The notes below the pieces were generated by a model. The model ran no database searches and was not told where the DNA came from. It was given only the letters and a program-made list of their open reading frames with translations. A stretch of DNA of 64,000 nt from the NCBI GenBank assembly GCA_965219325.1, contig OZ244723.1:1039963-1103962 (forward strand), read 5' to 3'. Within the stretch, counting starts at the first letter, position 1, and every line of letters begins with the position of its first letter. Shown piece after piece: positions 62,591-64,000 of the stretch. The DNA is from Dehalococcoidia bacterium. Its GTDB lineage: Bacteria; Chloroflexota; Dehalococcoidia; Lucifugimonadales; UBA2962. A program made the translations under genes and the position numbers.

Positions 62591-63100
62591 ATGACCAACA
62601 AGAGCAGCGACCCGGAAGAGCGTGTGAGACAGACGCTTGGAGAGTGGGGAATCGACTACGAGATGCTCGATATAGATCCGGACTATGCCGATACGGCGCA
62701 GTTTTGCGAGAGATACGGCTACCCGCCGGAGCGAAGCGGCAACACGATACTCGTGGCCTCGAGGAAAGGGCCGCCGCAGTACTGCGCATGCGTCGTTCTG
62801 GCCTCCTCCCAGCTTGACGTCAACAAGAGGGTGCGCAAGCTCATGGGCGTGCGCAGGGCTTCGTTCGCGTCCGCCGATCAGACCGTCGAAGTTACCGGGA
62901 TGATGATCGGCGGGGTAACGCCGTTCGGGCTGCGGGAGGATGTGCCAGTATATGTAGATGAGCCTATAGCCGGCCTGGATTACGTGATTCTGGGCTCGGG
63001 CAGCAGGTCATCCAAGGTGAAGATGGCCGGGCGGGAGTTCACCAAGGTTCCCGGCGCACAGTTCGTGTCCGGCCTGTCGATTCCGCCGAGGACGGAGTGA
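62591..63100 (+). CDS. YbaK/ProX-type aminoacyl-tRNA deacylase domain protein
   Basis: ...NTILV.S........C.V......D..K.........SFA.......TG...GGVTPFG....VPVYVD is the YbaK/EbsC-like pattern. Confidence 0.6.
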   Translation: MTNKSSDPEERVRQTLGEWGIDYEMLDIDPDYADTAQFCERYGYPPERSGNTILVASRKGPPQYCACVVLASSQLDVNKRVRKLMGVRRASFASADQTVEVTGMMIGGVTPFGLREDVPVYVDEPIAGLDYVILGSGSRSSKVKMAGREFTKVPGAQFVSGLSIPPRTE

Positions 63101-63127
63101 GCATTGACGTCTACCAGCGATAGGGCC

Positions 63128-64000
63128 ATGCGCCAGCAGCCTGCCCGCGGCGAATCGAGGGCGGGCGGACAGATCGATCCGCTGGCGAGGCGGCGTCCGA
63201 CATGGGTCGAGATCGACCTTGATCGCCTGGCCGACAACTACCGCAGCGTCCGTGACCATCTGCGTTCCGGGGTCAGGGTGATGGTGGTGGTCAAGGCCAA
63301 TGCCTACGGACACGGAGCGGCCCGCGTGGCTCGCGCGCTCGCCGAGCAGGGAGCCGCGGCATTTGGAGTTGCGATCACGGAGGAGGGCGCGGCCCTCCGG
63401 CAGGCCGGGGTATCGGGGACGATCCTGGTCTTCGGCGGCTGCTTCCCCGGCCAGGAGGAGACGGTCCTCGAGTTCGATCTCACACCGACCGTCTACGACC
63501 TGGCGTCGGTCCGACGACTCTCGTCCGCCGCGATCGCCAGGGACAGGCCCATCGGCTACCATCTCAAGCTGGACACCGGCATGGGGCGCCATGGCATAGG
63601 TCCGGACGACGTGGCCAGCTTCGTCGAGGATGCGGTCAGCTATCGGGGTGCAAGGCTGGCGGGAGTGTTCTCCCACCTTTCGTCCGCCGACGAGGACGAC
63701 CTGACCTACACCAGGCTCCAGATATCCAAGTTCGTGGCGGCCGTCGACGCCATAGAGGCCGCGGGCCATCCTCGCATCGTAAGGCACGTCGCCAACAGCG
63801 CCGGTACGCTCCTGCACAAGGGTTCCTGGTTCGACATGGTTAGGGCGGGACTATCCCTGTATGGCATAGATCCGTCCCCCAGGGGCGGACCTGTCGAACT
63901 GCTGCCCGTCCTCTCGCTGAAGACGCGCATCGCCTTCGTAAAGAGCGTCCCTGAGGGGACCTCCCTAGGCTACAACCGGACGTTCAGAACCTCGCGTGAG
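63128..64000 (+). CDS. alr: alanine racemase (3'-truncated by the window end)
   Basis: It is not in the ORF track because no stop is reached. Frame from ATG 63128: ...PTWVEIDLDRLADNYR......VMVVVKANAYGHGA (PLP lysine motif), HLKLDTGMGR.G, FSHL..AD, NSAG and GLSLYG. Confidence 0.85.
   Translation, partial: MRQQPARGESRAGGQIDPLARRRPTWVEIDLDRLADNYRSVRDHLRSGVRVMVVVKANAYGHGAARVARALAEQGAAAFGVAITEEGAALRQAGVSGTILVFGGCFPGQEETVLEFDLTPTVYDLASVRRLSSAAIARDRPIGYHLKLDTGMGRHGIGPDDVASFVEDAVSYRGARLAGVFSHLSSADEDDLTYTRLQISKFVAAVDAIEAAGHPRIVRHVANSAGTLLHKGSWFDMVRAGLSLYGIDPSPRGGPVELLPVLSLKTRIAFVKSVPEGTSLGYNRTFRTSRE

Overview
GC-rich bacterial chromosomal window. I count about 60 credible protein genes, 3 tRNAs (Trp-CCA, Leu-GAG, Cys-GCA), RNase P RNA, one Trp T-box leader and one IS element. 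Taxonomy cannot be fixed from sequence alone. The F420 ligase gene, the many lipoproteins with Pro/Thr linkers and the T-box-controlled trp genes would fit a Chloroflexota- or Actinomycetota-like organism, but that is a guess. Most of the window is core metabolism and translation: trpS-trpEGDCF behind a T-box, metG, rsmI, pyk, folB, cofE, tenA, a polyprenyl synthase, HU and alr. The left ~4.5 kb is accessory-looking. It holds a truncated repeat-protein remnant, a paralogous gene fragment, a ~26-nt dispersed motif and a frameshifted IS1182-like element. Items I consider most worth follow-up: (1) a large serine recombinase homolog whose N-terminal motif reads R-P-D where R-x-S is expected, sitting between a Zn-ribbon gene and rnpB/tRNA-Trp with no mobile-element cargo; (2) an ~850-bp ORF-poor, visibly lower-GC, hairpin-dense gap upstream of an ABC-F ATPase gene; (3) three 7-bladed Kelch lipoprotein paralogs, two of which carry a conserved C-terminal module I cannot assign; (4) the repeat/IS hotspot at the left edge; (5) a four-gene amidohydrolase/FAD-oxidase/amidase operon; (6) a co-directional hydrolase, MMPL transporter and giant lipoprotein. 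I found no CRISPR array, retron, obvious defence operon or prophage. All functional calls come from motif recognition by eye in the supplied translations. No database search was run.
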